DNA of 64,000 nucleotides from assembly GCF_009914755.1 (NCBI RefSeq), contig NC_060929.1, one strand, 5' to 3'. The translations under genes were made by a program, and so were the position numbers. The first letter of the stretch is position 1, and the number at the start of each line of letters is the position of its first letter. Shown here piece by piece: positions 13,515 through 27,155 of the stretch. Below the pieces are notes generated by a model. It did not search any database and was not told the origin of the DNA. It saw only the letters and a program-made list of their open reading frames with translations. This DNA comes from the human T2T-CHM13v2.0 reference genome, Homo sapiens.

Positions 13515-13638
13515 GTCATCTACCTCTATTTTCTACTTCCCAGAGAAAAGCAATTTCAATCCTTCTAGCTGATTTTTAAGAGTATTTACTTTTATAACTC
13601 TATAAAACATGTTTGTATTGTTTCTTTTAAATTGTTCA

Positions 13639-13804
<166 letters not shown>

Positions 13805-14625
13805 TTATCTATTGACTTCTCACTGTGGGAGATTAGCCTCCGGCTTTCTTTTATACTCCTCACCCACATGCTCCATCCCATGCCCTCATGATACTCCCCT
13901 GTGCTCCCCAAAGGGTTCTGTGTTTTGATAAATCAGTTATTTGGGCTATGTCATATTAGACTATGAGCATTTTCTTTTGGCTACACAATGTTTTGTTCCC
14001 CCACAGTTAATAATTATTGTTATGTGCTTAGTTTTCTGTGTATTTGTCATTATTTTGTTTGCACACTGTTCTCTGGTTGTATAAGTCTCCTCTCAATGTA
14101 TTTAGATGCATTAGGTATTTACTAGGTTAATGTTTCTGAGAAAAATCTCTCCTGGAACATTCAGACTTGCTCTGGTCTGGGCTGGTTGCCCTCTATGCTG
14201 GGTGTACATATGTATTCCTGAGATGTTCCTTCACCATTATCCTGGGAATTAGTTTTATTTATCTTCCAAGTAGGATTTCCTGTCTCTTGAATCCCATGCT
14301 TTCCTGCTTGGTTTACTCCCTCATTTGTCAGAGCATACTCCCTGTGGATTCCCAAGAAAGAGTGTGTTGCGGGTAATGTTTTTAAAGGCACTTACATGTT
14401 ATAAACTCTTTACTTTCCTATCACACTTAATTTGATAGTTTGGCTGGGTATAGAATTCCAATTTGGAAGTAATTTTCCTTAAGAATTTTGAAGGTTTTCT
14501 CCATTACCTACTAGCTTTTGATGTGGGTGTTGAAAATTCTCATGCCATTTTGATTCATGATCTTTTGTGTGAAACCTGTCATTATTTTCTCTCTAGAGGC
14601 TTTTAGGACCTTTTTTTTTTGGACC

Positions 14626-14984
14626 CATATTAGTCCGTTTTCACCCTGCTATAAAGAACTGCCAGAGACTGAGTAATTTATAAAGAAAGAAGGTTTAATT
14701 GACTCACAGTTCCACATGGCTGGGGAGGCCTCAGGAAACTTACAATCATGGCAGAAGGCGAAGGAGAAGCAAGTACCTTCTTCACTAGGTGGTAGAAGAG
14801 AGGAGAGCTTGTGATGGAGGATCTGCCAAACACTTATAAAACCATCAGAACTCACTATTACAAGAACAGCATGGGGGAAACCACCCCCATGATCCAGTCA
14901 CCTCCCATCAGGTCCCTCCCTTGACGTGTGGGGATTACAATTCGAGATGAGATTTGGGTGAGGATACAGAGCCAAATCATATCA
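14626..14984 (-). mobile_element. MaLR solo LTR (MSTA-like)
   Basis: TATTAGTCCGTTTTCAC...GGCTGGGGAGGCCTCAGGAAACTTACAATCATGG...GAGATTTGGGTGAGGATACAGAGCCAAATCATATCA. Confidence 0.9.
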
Positions 14985-15172
14985 GTTCCCAATGTTCTGA
15001 AACTGACATTTGGTATGATTTTGATATAATTCTATTTTGTTTCATTGCTAGGCACTCAGTGGGCTATTCAGTTGGGAAACTCATGTCCTTTAGTTTTAGG
15101 AAATCTACTAGAATTATGTATCTATCTATCTTCCTGTCCTTTCTATTTTCTGCCTCCCTTTTTGAACTCTTA

Positions 15173-15537
15173 TGTGGCAGGTTGTAAAAACAACCTGTTC
15201 CTTGTCTCCATGCCCATTGCCATGTAACTTTGTGGCCTCTCCTACTCTGACTCTGGGCTCAGCCATATGTCTTGCTTTGGGCCAAGGGGATGTTGGTAAT
15301 CAATACAAGTAGAGGACTGAAAGCCACTGAAGGTGACTGAGCTTGCTTGCTCTTGCCTGCCCCCATTGCCATGAGAGGAACATGCCCAGGTTAGTCCACT
15401 GGTTCCAGGAAGGTATGAGAGACAGGTGGAGCAGCCAACGTAAGCAGACATCTGGATACATGAGCAATAAATGCTTGTTGTTGTAAGCCACTGTGATATT
15501 GTTGTTATTAAGAATTTTTGTGGCAATAATTGATATA
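15173..15537 (+). mobile_element. MaLR LTR (MLT1H/I-like)
   Basis: TGTGGCAG start; GGGCTCAGCCATATGTCTTGCTTTGG; GCCATGAGAGGAACATGCCCAGG; AATAAATGCTTGTTGTTGTAAGCCACTG end region. Confidence 0.7.
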
Positions 15538-15881
15538 TCTGATTGTTTGGATATTGGACTTCTTAGCATAGTCCTCTAATTTTCTTTTTACTGTTCTTTC
15601 TGGGAGAGTCTTTCAACACTATCTTTTATCCCCCTTACTGAGTTTTTCATTTCTGCTATCATATTTTTAATTTCCAAGAACTCTTTTTGGTTCTCTGAAT
15701 GATGTTGTTGCCTTGTAGCATCCTATCTTGTTTCATGGAAGCAAGATCATTTCTCATTGCATTCACTATTCTTTAAAGTTTTGTCTTCTTGCATTGAATC
15801 TTTCCTCCAAATAGCTTTGTTATTCTGTTTCCTTTGTTCTCTTTCATATTAGATAATTTCTTCTAATGTCTCGTATTTCTT

Positions 15882-16608
15882 TTTTTAATTAATTAATTAA
15901 TTTTTTTATTATTATACTTTAAGTTTTAGGGTACATGTGCACACTGTGCAGGTTAGTTACATATGTATACATGTGCCGTGCTGGTGTGCTGCACCCACTA
16001 ACTCGTCATCTAGCATTAGGTATATCTCCCACTGCTATCCCTCCCCCCTCCCCCAACCCCACAACAGTCCCCAGAGTGTGATGTTCCCCTTCCTGTGTCC
16101 ATGTGATCTCATTGTTCAATTCCCACCTATGAGTGAGAATATGCGGTGTTTGGTTTTTTGTTCTTGTGATAGTTTACTGAGAATGATGATTTCCAATTTC
16201 ATCCATGTCCGTACAAAGGACATGAACTCATCATTTTTTATGGCTGCATAGTATTCCATGGTGTATATGTGCCACATTTTCTTAATCCAGTCTATCATTG
16301 TTGGACATTTGGGTTGGTTCCAAGTCTTTGCTATTGTGAATAATGCCGCAATAAACATACGTGTGCATGTGTCTTTATAGCAGCATGATTTACAGTCCTT
16401 TGGGTATATACCCAGTAATGGGATGGCTGGGTCAAATGGTATTTCTAGTTCTAGATCCCTGAGGAATCGCCACACTGACCTCCACAATGGTTGAACTAGT
16501 TTACAGTTCCACCAACCGTGTAAAAGTGTTCCTATTTCTCCACATCCTCTCCAGCACCTGTTGTTTCCTGACTTTTTAATGATTGCCATTCTAACTGGTG
16601 TGAGATGG
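15882..16608 (-). mobile_element. L1PA2-like LINE-1, 5'-truncated (about 730 bp)
   Basis: Near-consensus young L1 3' UTR and ORF2 end; non-Ta GAG diagnostic (CTC at 16002-16004); 15-bp TSD TGTCTCGTATTTCTT at 15867 and 16609. Confidence 0.92.
16116..16608 (-). pseudogene. L1 ORF2p C-terminal remnant (open frame, not a host gene)
   Basis: ORF track: [29 protein letters not shown]...KHRIFSLIGGN*, the canonical ORF2p C-terminus. Confidence 0.9.
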
Positions 16609-17344
16609 TGTCTCGTATTTCTTGCCTGTGCTTTCATATTCACTAACAAACTGGTTGGAACACTGTGTTTGTGTTGTTCACAGAACAGCAATCTTTTTGG
16701 GGGAACTTCTAACTCTTTTTTCTAGGACTGGCTGGAGGACTCAGAGAAGCCCCCTCCCATTCTGCAGATTTAAGGACATTCACCTAGCTGCCAGCCTTAT
16801 GTGAATCTGATGGGGGAAAAAGTCAAGGGGGCCTTGACATTCAGAATGTAAACTTTCACTCACTTCCTCTGTTTTCAGTATGGTACTTTACCTCTCATCT
16901 GTCCTTGGTGTCCCCCAAACCAGAGTCCTTCTGTTTAACTCTTCCCAGAAAATCCTCCAGTCTTCTATCAGCAGGGAGGGGGGCAGTCACTTGGCTGCAG
17001 GGAGTTGGAGAGGGTACCTGTACCTCTAAAGGCTGATGATAAGGGCTTTCAGCCGGCCCTCCTGTTCTCAACCCCTCCTCCCACAGGTCTCTGGTGCCTC
17101 TAATTCCTAAGGCTTTGTATAATTCTATGGCAAATGTCAGGTGGCTTTTTGGCTTTCTTCACTGCTGACTTAGGATTTAGTTTACTTAGGTCTGTTAAGT
17201 CAGTTCCCCTCATCCATCTGCTTTCCAGTTTCCAACATTTTGTTGCTATGGTTTTCTCTTATGTTCTTCCTATCCTTGTGGATTTAGGCCTTTTGGGGGT
17301 ACATAGTGCTTTACTTTAATGGGATGTCTTTATCACTTCTTTGA

Positions 17345-18065
17345 TAGTACATGGTCATTATAAAAATCAAAACCATCCAGAGCAAGTGAACTTCCCTCAT
17401 AATATGCCCTCTCCATAGCTACTCTTAAGTATTTATCCTTCCAGATAGTTTTGCCTTTGTGAATTATATGCATGTGTATGCTGAAATAAATACTCACGTA
17501 TATAAACACACACACTTTGCAAATATACATGAGATCACATTACACTACAATGTTCTGTAACCAGTCTTTTCCCCCAACACCAAGTCTTGGATGTCTTTCA
17601 ATGGTATTTAAGGAGCTACTACTTTCTTTTGAATAAGGAGCAGAATGTTCTATCATACCATAACTTACATGCCTAGTCTCTTATTAATGAACATTTAGGA
17701 TACTTTCGACTTTTTGCTACTCTGAATATGAGTGTACCCACATCTTTGCAAACCTGTCCTTTTGTCTCCTTAGGCATTTTCTTGAAGTGGGATTGCTGGA
17801 TGGGCATGCTTGGCTAGGATAGTGTCAGATTGCTCTCGAGAGAGGTGGGCCAGCGTGTACTCCATTCCTCGGCGAGTGAGAGGGCTTTTCTCCTTTCCTG
17901 CTCCTGCCTTTACCGCTCTTTTTAGTTGTTGCCAGTTAGTTGGGTGAAATGGTATCTGATGGTGCTTTGACTCGCCTTTCTTTGAATAGCAGGGCTAAGC
18001 CTTTTTCTGTGTGTCTGTGGCCAGTGTGATGCCCCTGTGAACTGTTGGCTTTCTGTGCAGCTTTT
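17345..18065 (-). mobile_element. Old L1M (L1ME-like) 3' fragment
   Basis: AATGAACATTTAGGATACTTTC...GAAGTGGGATTGCTGGA...GGGTGAAATGGTATCT, antisense L1 motifs. Confidence 0.55.
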
Positions 18066-19294
18066 TCTCTTTCAGAAGGGAGGCCTCAGACCCCACTTCA
18101 TCCCTGGCTTTGCTGCCTGGGTGTCATGGGTCTCTGGGGTCCAGAGGCTGTGTGGATAGTGGGCAGAGGCATGGGGTGAGGGTGGGGTAGTCCAGAGAGC
18201 AGTGTGTGCCACCCTCCCAGATTTCTCTGATTCCTTGGAGCAAAGTCGCTTAATTGGGAGTCAGCACAGCCTCCTCCCTCATTAGCACTGGCCTGCAGTG
18301 ACAGGCCCCGAGGGCAGTGTGGCCCTCTTAGGTGGCTCCACACATGGCTCCATCAGTGCCTGAAGCCTGGTGGGTAGTTCTGGCATTGGCCTGAGTTTTG
18401 GCATTCACAAGGGTTTGCATTCCATGAAGGCAGTTGCCTTAAAAAAAAAAAAAAAAAACTTTGCAAAATTGTGAAATATAACACATATAGAAAATATTCA
18501 GTTTAACAAATTATTATAAAGTAAACACCATGTAACCACCACCCTGGGAGACAGTTGACTTTTAATAATACCGTGGCAAGTGGAGCTGGCACTTTGCCCT
18601 TGACCGTTGGGCTGATGTTACCCTCCAGCCCACCCCAGGGTCTCTGGCTGGGGAGGGGCATCCCTGAGTCATGGGAGGACCACTCAGCTGTGGGGGTTCT
18701 AGGTAGGGGGCTGGGGTCTGGTCCGTGGGGAGGGGGCATTGAGTCTGTGACTTGTGCTTTACCTCTCAGCCCTACTTCCCTGACTTGTGCCCTGATAGAC
18801 TCAGGGAATAGTCAGACCTAAGGAATTTGGGTGGAACCTGAAGGAGCAGGAGAAGCCCAGAAATCCAGAGCAGGAAGCTCTGGGGCAGGCCGGGTTGGTT
18901 GGTTTGGGTTTGGGTCAGACACAAGGCATTGACCCCCAGAGGCAAGGCCATGTTGTGTGAGCACAGCCTCCTCCTCCTCTAGGAGTGTCCTCTGTGCAGA
19001 AGATTTTCCTAGTGGGTTGGACGGGGCTGTGGGCAGCTGAGGGGAGACTGGACCTGCCTGCGCTGTGTGCTCCTGACTCCGGGCTGGGGCCCGGCTGGAG
19101 AACCTTCCTGTCTCATGGTTCACCTCCCTTTCCTGCACCAGCCCCGTGGTGCATCCCCAGAGGGGATGTCTTCCCCCAGTGACCAGCCCCGGGGAGGGAA
19201 TGTCCCGGGGCATTGAGGGGCATCCCCTACACACAGTGGACAGGCCTCAGCCCTCACAGTGCTTGCCCACCTCCACTTCCTGCCCCGTCAGTGG

Positions 19295-20150
19295 CTCCTT
19301 CACTTGTTCAGCCCCCACACAGCTTCCTGCTGTCAACCAGGCATGGGGTAGCGGTGAGGAGCAGGGCAGAGTCCAATGCCTGCCCTCAGGGAGCTCACAG
19401 TCCAGTAGAAAGTTCTCTGAGGATGGGATGGGCTCTCTGGTACTGGGTGGTGCAGTGAGGGGGATGGAGGGATGAGCAGGGTGGCATGCGGGGCTGGGCA
19501 CGGAGTAGTGTGGTCAGGGAGGCGTCGTCCTGCATGAAAGCAGACCTGAAGCACGAAGACTGCGGGCTAGGCCAAGGGGCTGGGAAGAGTGACTGTGGCA
19601 GGGGAAGAGCATGTGCAGAGGCCTTATGATGGGGGGGGTGCAGGGAAGGTCAGCGTGGCTGGAGAAGAGAGTGAAAGGAGGAGGAGTGAGAGCTGGGTGG
19701 GGCAGGTGAGAGGGGCTGGAGCTGCAGCCCCCATGAGCTACCCAGGGGACTGTACCTGGAGGGGGCTTTGGTTATAGGCACATTGGGTCAGATTTGCATT
19801 TGAAGATCACCGTGGCCACTGTGTGGAAGAAGGGTCTAGAAGGGGGAACTGGTTCAGTCACTCTTGCTGGGATCCTGGTGGGAGCAGTGTCAGGGGCATG
19901 AAGAGAACCAGGGTAGGAGGGGCAGGACTTGCCAATGGGATGGATGCTAAAGGAGAGGGAGGAGGAGGGGCTTGCATGAGGGCAGAGCCACTCCAGAGTT
20001 GGAGGTGCTGGTGGAGGAGCTGGTCTGGAAGGGAGACAAATGAGTTCCATTTTGATGAGCCATGTTTGAGGTTCATCCAGTAGGAGGTGAGGAGTGGGCC
20101 TTTGGGTGGGGCTCAGTAGAGAGGTCTGGACAGAGCAATGGGAGTCACCA
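19295..20150 (-). mobile_element. L2 LINE remnant
   Basis: CCTGCCCTCAGGGAGCTCACAGTCCAGT...CAGATTTGCATTTTGAAGATCACCGTGGCCACTGTGTGGA...TGAGTTCCATTTTGA. Confidence 0.7.
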
Positions 20151-21459
20151 TCGTGGGAGTCACCCCTATCTGCTTGCCTACCTCTGGCTCTTCCCCCTAA
20201 GCTGTTGCTCTTGAGTCACCTGGACCAGCCCCACCTGGGCAAAGGGTGGTCCTGCCCAGGAGGCTGCCACGGCTCACCTGTGTCTGTCTACCTGTGGGGC
20301 GTGTGCACATGTGTGTAGTAGATGCTCTTGCATAGCTCCAGCTGAAGTTAGGTTGAAGGGGCTGGAGGTAGAGTAGGCAAGAGCAAGCAGAAGCAAGGAG
20401 GGACTTGCCCCAGAAAGATGAATTTTGCTGCATGGGGTTAGGCTCACCTCATGGATGCTGGCAGATCCTGGGCACTGGCTGAGGGGAGGAGGGTTGTCCC
20501 AGCCTCTAGGCTCTGCCCCATGACTGGATTGTTTGACAAACTCACTTCTCTCAGGGATGGTGTTCTGACCATCAGCCTGAGGGCTGCCTCATTAGACCAG
20601 TATCCCTCGGGGTACTAGAACTTTGGAGTACAAGCTGAAATTCAAGGCACACCAAACCCAATTTAAGCTATTTAGGTGTGGGTGGTGTTCTAGGACCTTA
20701 CAGGGTATGGGGCAGCCTAACTCTCCCCCTTTTTGGCCCCTGTTCCTGCCAGTCTGTGGACAATGTGGACTTGTGGACTTGGCTTTAGCTTTTGGCAGAG
20801 AGGGAGGCTCAATGCATCCATTTGCTGTTCAGAGGAACAAAAATTGGCCACGTTAAGCCATATTCTGTTGAGTCCCTTGGATAGGGCTTTGGGCTAAGAT
20901 TTTAGATGCCTTTTTCCTTTAACCCCCAGCAGTGCCTGGCTAGGAGAGTCCACTCTGACAGTGAGGACCCAGCATGCAAGGGGAGTTGTAGAGGGATCAG
21001 TCATCTTGGTCCAGAACCTTATGCTGGGGCACCAGCCACAGCGCCTGAATTGGCCAGGAGCATGGTGCAGGCCAGGTGAGAGAGCATGGCTGTCTCAGGA
21101 GCCTCACTCCAGGGTCAAGTTTGCTTAGCAATCAATCATTGCTTCCAGCTGGTAGCATCAGGCAAGGCTTCATGAGGGAGGTGGCCTATGGGGTAAGGCT
21201 TAGAATATGAGGAAGTGATTTGGTCCTGCAAAGTTGGGGTGGAGAAGACTTCCAGGGGGATAGTCTTGAGCAATTTTAAGAAGACAGGAAAGTGGGGACT
21301 TGTAGAAGGGACCAGGGGATGTTCAGATGATGTGCAGAAGTGAAATAGGAGACTCAGTCTGAAAAAGCAGGTAGGGGCTGGGTGTTGGAGGGATAGAAGA
21401 ACTCCTTCTGGGGATGGAGAACTCTTATCAGTATTGAGAAGTGAGGTGTGTTGCTAGTT

Positions 21460-22386
21460 TTTTTTGCTTTTATTATTATTTTTAATTGACATAATAATTA
21501 TACATATTTATGGGGTACAGTATGATATTTTGATATACACATACAATAAGTAACAAATCAGGGCAATTAGCATATTCATCACGTCAAACGTGTATCATTT
21601 CTTTGCATTGGGAACAAAGTCTCCTCTTCTAGCTATTGGAAAGTATGCAATAAATTGTTATTAATTATAGTCACCTTATGGTGCTTAGAACATGGGAACT
21701 TATTCCTCCTGTCTAGCTGTAATTTTGTATCTATTCATCAACCTCTATCTCCTGCTCCCCCACCTCCCAGCCTCTAATAACCACTATTCTACTCTCTACT
21801 TCTAGGGAATCAGCGTTTTTAGCTTCTCCATATGAATGCGAACATGTGGTATTTGTCTTTCCTAGCCTGGCTTATTTCACTTAACATAATGTCCTCCAAG
21901 CTTATCCATGTCGCTTTGAATGACAGGATTTCATTCTCTTTTATGACTGGAAAGTATTCCATTGTGGATATATATCACATTTTCCCTGTGTCCATTGATG
22001 GACACTTAGGTTGATTCCATATCTTGGTTATTGTGAATAATGCTGCAATAAACATGGAGATGCAAGTATGTCTTTGATACACTGATCTTTCTCCCTTTGG
22101 ATATATTCCCAGAAGAGGGATTGTTGGAGCATACGGTAGTTCTATTTTTAGTTTTTTGAGGAATTGCCATACTGTCGTCCATAATGGCTGTACTAATTTA
22201 TATTCCCACCAACAATGTATAAGAATTCCCCCTTCTCCACATCCTTGCCAACACTTATTATCTTTTGTCTTTTGGATAATAGCCATTCTAACTGGGGTGA
22301 GTTGATATCTCATTGTGGTTTTGATTTGTATTTCCCTGATGGCTAGTGATGTTGAGCAGTTTTTCATATACCTGTTGGACATATGT
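21460..22386 (-). mobile_element. L1MA (approximately L1MA6-8) 3' segment
   Basis: TTTAATTGACATAATAATTATACATATTTATGGGGTACA 3' end; ORF 21975-22382 translates to the ORF2p C-terminus ([23 protein letters not shown]). Confidence 0.85.
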
Positions 22387-23030
22387 AGAAGACCTGAAAA
22401 GCACAGTCAATAAAAGTAAAAATACACAAATAGGATTATATAAAACTAAAAAGCTTCTGCACCACAAAGGAAGCAATCAACAAAGTAAAGGGACAATCAG
22501 AAGAATGGAAGAAAATATTTGCAATCTATTTGATATGGTTTGGCTGTGTCCCCACCCAAATATCATCTCGAATTGTAGTTCCCATAATCCCCATGTGTAG
22601 TGGGAGGGACCTGGTGGGAGGTAATTGAATCATGGGGGTGGTTACCTTCATGCTTTTCTCCTGATAGTGAGTTCTCACGAGATCTGATGTTTTTATAAGG
22701 GGCTTTTTCCCCTTTGCTCGGCACTTCTTCATGCTGCCATGTGAAGAAGGATGTGTTTGCTTCCCCTTCTGCCATGATTGTAAGTTTCCTGAGGCCTCTC
22801 CAGCCATGCTGAACTGTGAGTCAATTAAACTTCTTTCCTTTATAAATTACCCAGTCTTGGGTATGTCTCTGTTAGCAGCATGAGAAGAGACTAATACGCT
22901 ATTCATCTGACAAAGGATTAATATCCAGAATATACAAGGAACTCAAAGAACCAACTAATCCAATTAAAAACTGGCAAAATACCAGAACAGACATCTCTCA
23001 AAAGAGGACAGACAAATGGCCAACAGGTGT
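22387..23030 (+). mobile_element. Inverted 5' segment of the same L1MA (twin-priming inversion), split by a THE1C LTR
   Basis: Sense ORF2 sequence AAACTAAAAAGCTTCTGCAC...AAAATATTTGCAATCTATT / CATCTGACAAAGGATTAATATCCAGAATATACAAGGAACTC...AAATGGCCAACAGG. Confidence 0.85.
22531..22898 (+). mobile_element. THE1C-like MaLR solo LTR
   Basis: TGATATGGTTTGGCTGTGTCCCCACCCAAA...GACTAATACG; perfect 5-bp TSD CTATT at 22526-22530 and 22899-22903. Confidence 0.93.
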
Positions 23031-24899
23031 GTTGTTATAGTTGCTGTCAATGTTAAAAAAAAGTTGAAGAAAGATGATAAGGTCCCATAAGTGAGATGGT
23101 TTGAATGGGGGAGAGGTGGCTGTGGGGAGTCAGGCAGAGATGTCTTGGTGTTGAGGACAGTGGTATGGAGGGCCACCCAGCACCTGTTGACCCCTGCGTT
23201 CTCGGTAGTTGCAGGTGGAACTGAATTGTGCTAGCTGTTAAGTACTCAGTGACTTCAAATGAGCCAGCAGAGTGTTGAAGGCCATAGGGTCTCCTGAGAA
23301 GAAAGGAGGAGGCCTCCCTGTCTGTCCACCGTGCTCAGGCTGGGGTTGGAGCTGTCACAGTATACTTCATTTACTTTGGTATCATTTGACATTCTTACAA
23401 AAATACATACTACTAATTAAAATGATAAGTGTTTTGCTTTAATTCAAAACAAAAAAGAAGACAGGGTGTCTGAAGTACCTGGGTGGTGATGGGCTGTGTG
23501 GGGCTGAGCTCCAAGAAACAGCTTTGAATTGTAGTGGGTCAGGACTATCTGGTTGCAGTGGGCAATGAGATGTCTTCAGAAAACTGCAGCACCCAGTCAA
23601 TGCCTGGTTGGAAAAGGTATGTCAGGTTATAATACAAGACAAACTGTCATCACAGATTAAAACACATCTGCCATCCAACAGTAACAGTCATTTCTTGGAA
23701 CATTTGCTAATCTTTTAAAATTCTACCAATGTGAAATAAATCAACTGCTTGAGACTGGCTTGCTTTAAGGTTGTTTATTCATTCATATATTCATTTAGCT
23801 AATATCTATTGATATTAACCTCTGCAAAACATACATCAGAAGGCAATGGATAGAAGGCAGGTCCTGAGAAGATGTGAGTTAGAAACAGTGCACTTTTCAC
23901 CCCTATGTGTTTTCAGATCCTGTAGTTCCTGGGGGTATAAAAAGCAGCTTGAAATGCTGGTTTATTATTGTCAGATTAATGTGAAAAGCACTAAAAAGTG
24001 CAATTATAAAGGATAGTCATAGGCATGTGGCATTTTGTGGGGCTCCCACAGGCTACATGTTTGGATTCATGTATATAGAGGAGGAGGTAGGAGGTGGGAA
24101 CAAAGATGTGAGGTGGGAGGGACAGGGGAAGAGACCAGCATGTATTGTCCTAGGGCAGTGAGTTTCATTGATGCCATTGTAAAATCCTGTGCTGGTTAAG
24201 CCTGAAGGTTGAGGGCCCACCCGCAAGATTCACACCTAGAAGCCTGGACTGGAGCCCCACAGTTTTACCCAGCCACCCACCCCAGGTGGTTCTCAGGAGT
24301 AGTGGGATCCATGGAGAAGTCAGCCCAGTCTTGCATTTTCTGAAGATGCCAAGTGGGGAATGGGTCCTGTCTGTTTCAATCACAGTGGATCCTTGCCCTT
24401 GGGAGGATAGAGATTTCCTGCCGCTTTGTATGTCCCCACTGCCAAATACCAGAGGCCTGGGAATTAAAGACAGTCTTGTGAGGCCCAGACAGCAGCCATG
24501 GACATGGTCATGGTGCAGGCTATGCAGGGTCATGGTGAAGCCTGTGCAGGCTTCCTGGAGGAGGAGGCCTTGAAGGGTTGGGAAAACCCTGTGAGCAGGA
24601 AGGCGCAAGGCTCTATTCTGAGTTCCAGATGGGCCCCATGCTGCTGCCTTTGGAATCTGCTTTGGGGTGTGCAGGATCTGTGTTACCCATTCTAGACCTT
24701 GACCAAAGCGCCCAGTGGAAGGTCTGATACCCCATAACAGAATAAGTGCTGACAGGAGAGTTGGAGGGGGTTTGAGCAACATTTTTTCCAACCATCTCCT
24801 TTAACAAATGGGTAAACCAGAGTGCAGACAGGAGATGGCCCATGGAAACCTGAAGATGGGCTGTGCAGTCAGACAGAATGGGACCCCCTCCACCTCTGC

Positions 24900-25050
24900 C
24901 ATCCCAGCTGGATGACTGTAAACAGATCACATGGCCTCTCTGTGCCTCATTCTGCTCATCTGTAAGATGGGGAGAATAATGCCCACAACTTAGGTTGTTA
25001 TGAGGATTTCACATGACTTTTCTTGGAGCCTGGCACCCAGCAGGCACTAC
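24900..25050 (+). mobile_element. MIR SINE remnant
   Basis: CCTCTCTGTGCCTCATTCTGCTCATCTGTAAGATGGGGAGAATAAT...GGTTGTTATGAGGATT. Confidence 0.75.
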
Positions 25051-26167
25051 TGTTGTGGATGTCCAGGCTGTACCTGGGTCAGTGGTGGCCAGACTGGGAC
25101 AGGCTCCCTGACCTGCAGCCCAGAGTTCTGGTCTGTGCCTACTGTCATGGGGGCCCTCTGATGCTCTGCAGCGTGGTCAGGGCCTTGCTCCTGTGGTGAC
25201 GGCTGGGATTGGGATATGGGGCAGTGAGCGGTCTCTGTTTGCTAGCTTTGTATATTGCTTAATAAGGAAAACACGGCTTGTCCTGGCAAACAGTGGATCC
25301 AGCCATATATGGGGAAAAGGAATAACTTGGATACAGTCAGGGATGCAATTCTGAGCTCTTCCTATTTAAAACAAAATCAAAGGCAATATGGAGTTGCCAC
25401 GTTTGCGTGTCCAGTTTGAGTATGGAGGAATTTCTGTTTATAAATGGGTAACATCTAGCAGTGTGAGCTTTAGAAATAGCTGTGAACTACTTGGGTAGCA
25501 AGTCCTTTCTCCACTTGAAAGAATGTGGCCTAGAGGAAGGGTCCCAGTGGATGGAGAGAAAGTGAGTTTTGCAGCTGTGTCGAGTGGATTGAGGCCTTCT
25601 CTTACCTGGCTGGCCCCAGGCTGAGTACCAGGCCCTGTGGGCTGGGACAGGCCAGAGCTGGCAGCTGCTAATCAATTCCAAAGGGGGGGCCTCCTGCCTC
25701 TCTGCAGCGGGCGCAGCTGACCATACACCCTCTCCTTCCTCACCCCGGTCTGCTTTGTCGTGTCTGCATCACTCCCATTCACTAGCCGTCACGTACTCAT
25801 TGGCTCACTAATTAATTCAAGCACCTACTGAGCGCTCACTGTGAAAAGGACACCCCTGAGTTCCTTCATCTCCTCTCTCCTCCTCCCTGGGGGCCTCACT
25901 GCCTCAGGCTGCTCCTTGCCCTGGGCTCTGTCCTTGGTCCTTTTCTTTTCTCCCTCTTCTCATGCTTCCATCTTGGCTGCAGTTTCTTTTCTTTTTTTAA
26001 AAAATTTTAACTAGTTTAAATTTATTTATTTATTTATTATTTTATTTCAATAGGTTTTTGGGGAACAGGTGGTGTTTGGTTACATGAATAAGTTCTTTAG
26101 TGGTGATTTCTGAGATTTTGGTGCACCCATCACCCGAGCAGTGTACACTGTACCCTGTGTGTAGCGC

Positions 26168-26466
<299 letters not shown>

Positions 26467-26708
26467 CCAATGTGTAGTATTTTATCCTTCACCCCGCTCC
26501 CACCCTTTCCCTCGAGTCCCTAAAGTCCATTGTATCATTCTTATGCCTTTGCATCCTCATAGCTTAGCTCCCACTTAGGAATGAGAACATACAATGTTTG
26601 GTTTCTCATTCCCCAGTTACTTCACTTAGAATAATGGTCTCCAATTCCATCCAGGTTGCTGCAAATGCCATTATTTTGTTCCTTTTTAAGGCTGAGTAGT
26701 ATTCCATG

Positions 26709-26738
<30 letters not shown>
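26709..26738. repeat. (GT)n microsatellite within L1PB
   Basis: GTGTTTGTGTGTGTGTGTGTGTGTGTGTGT. Confidence 0.9.
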
Positions 26739-26740
<2 letters not shown>

Positions 26741-27155
26741 CACATTTTCTTTATCCACTTGTTGATTGATGGGCATTTGGGCTGCTTCCATATTTTTGCA
26801 AATGTGAATTGTGCTGCTATAAACATGTGTATCTTTTTTGTATAATGACTTCTTTTCCTCTGGGTAGACACCCAGGAGTGGTATTGCTGGATCAAATGAT
26901 AGATCTACTTTTAGTTTTTTAAGGAATCTCCACACTGTTTCCCACAATGGTGGTATTAGTTTACATTCCCACCAACAGTGTAAAAGTGTTTTCTTTTCCC
27001 CATATCCCCACCAACATCTATTATTTTTTGGTTTTTTGATTATGGCTATTCTTGCAGGAGTCAGATGGTATCGCATTGTTGTTTTGATTTGCATTTCCCT
27101 GATCATTAGTGATGTTGAGCATTTTTTCATATGTTTGTTGTTGGCTGCAACTTCT

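Noticed and set aside
23575-23760. Possible 37-nt exon (CAG...AAG/GTATGT) or TIR element (CAGTC...GACTG)
   Set aside because: The polypyrimidine tract is weak and the terminal match is only 5 bp; compatible with chance
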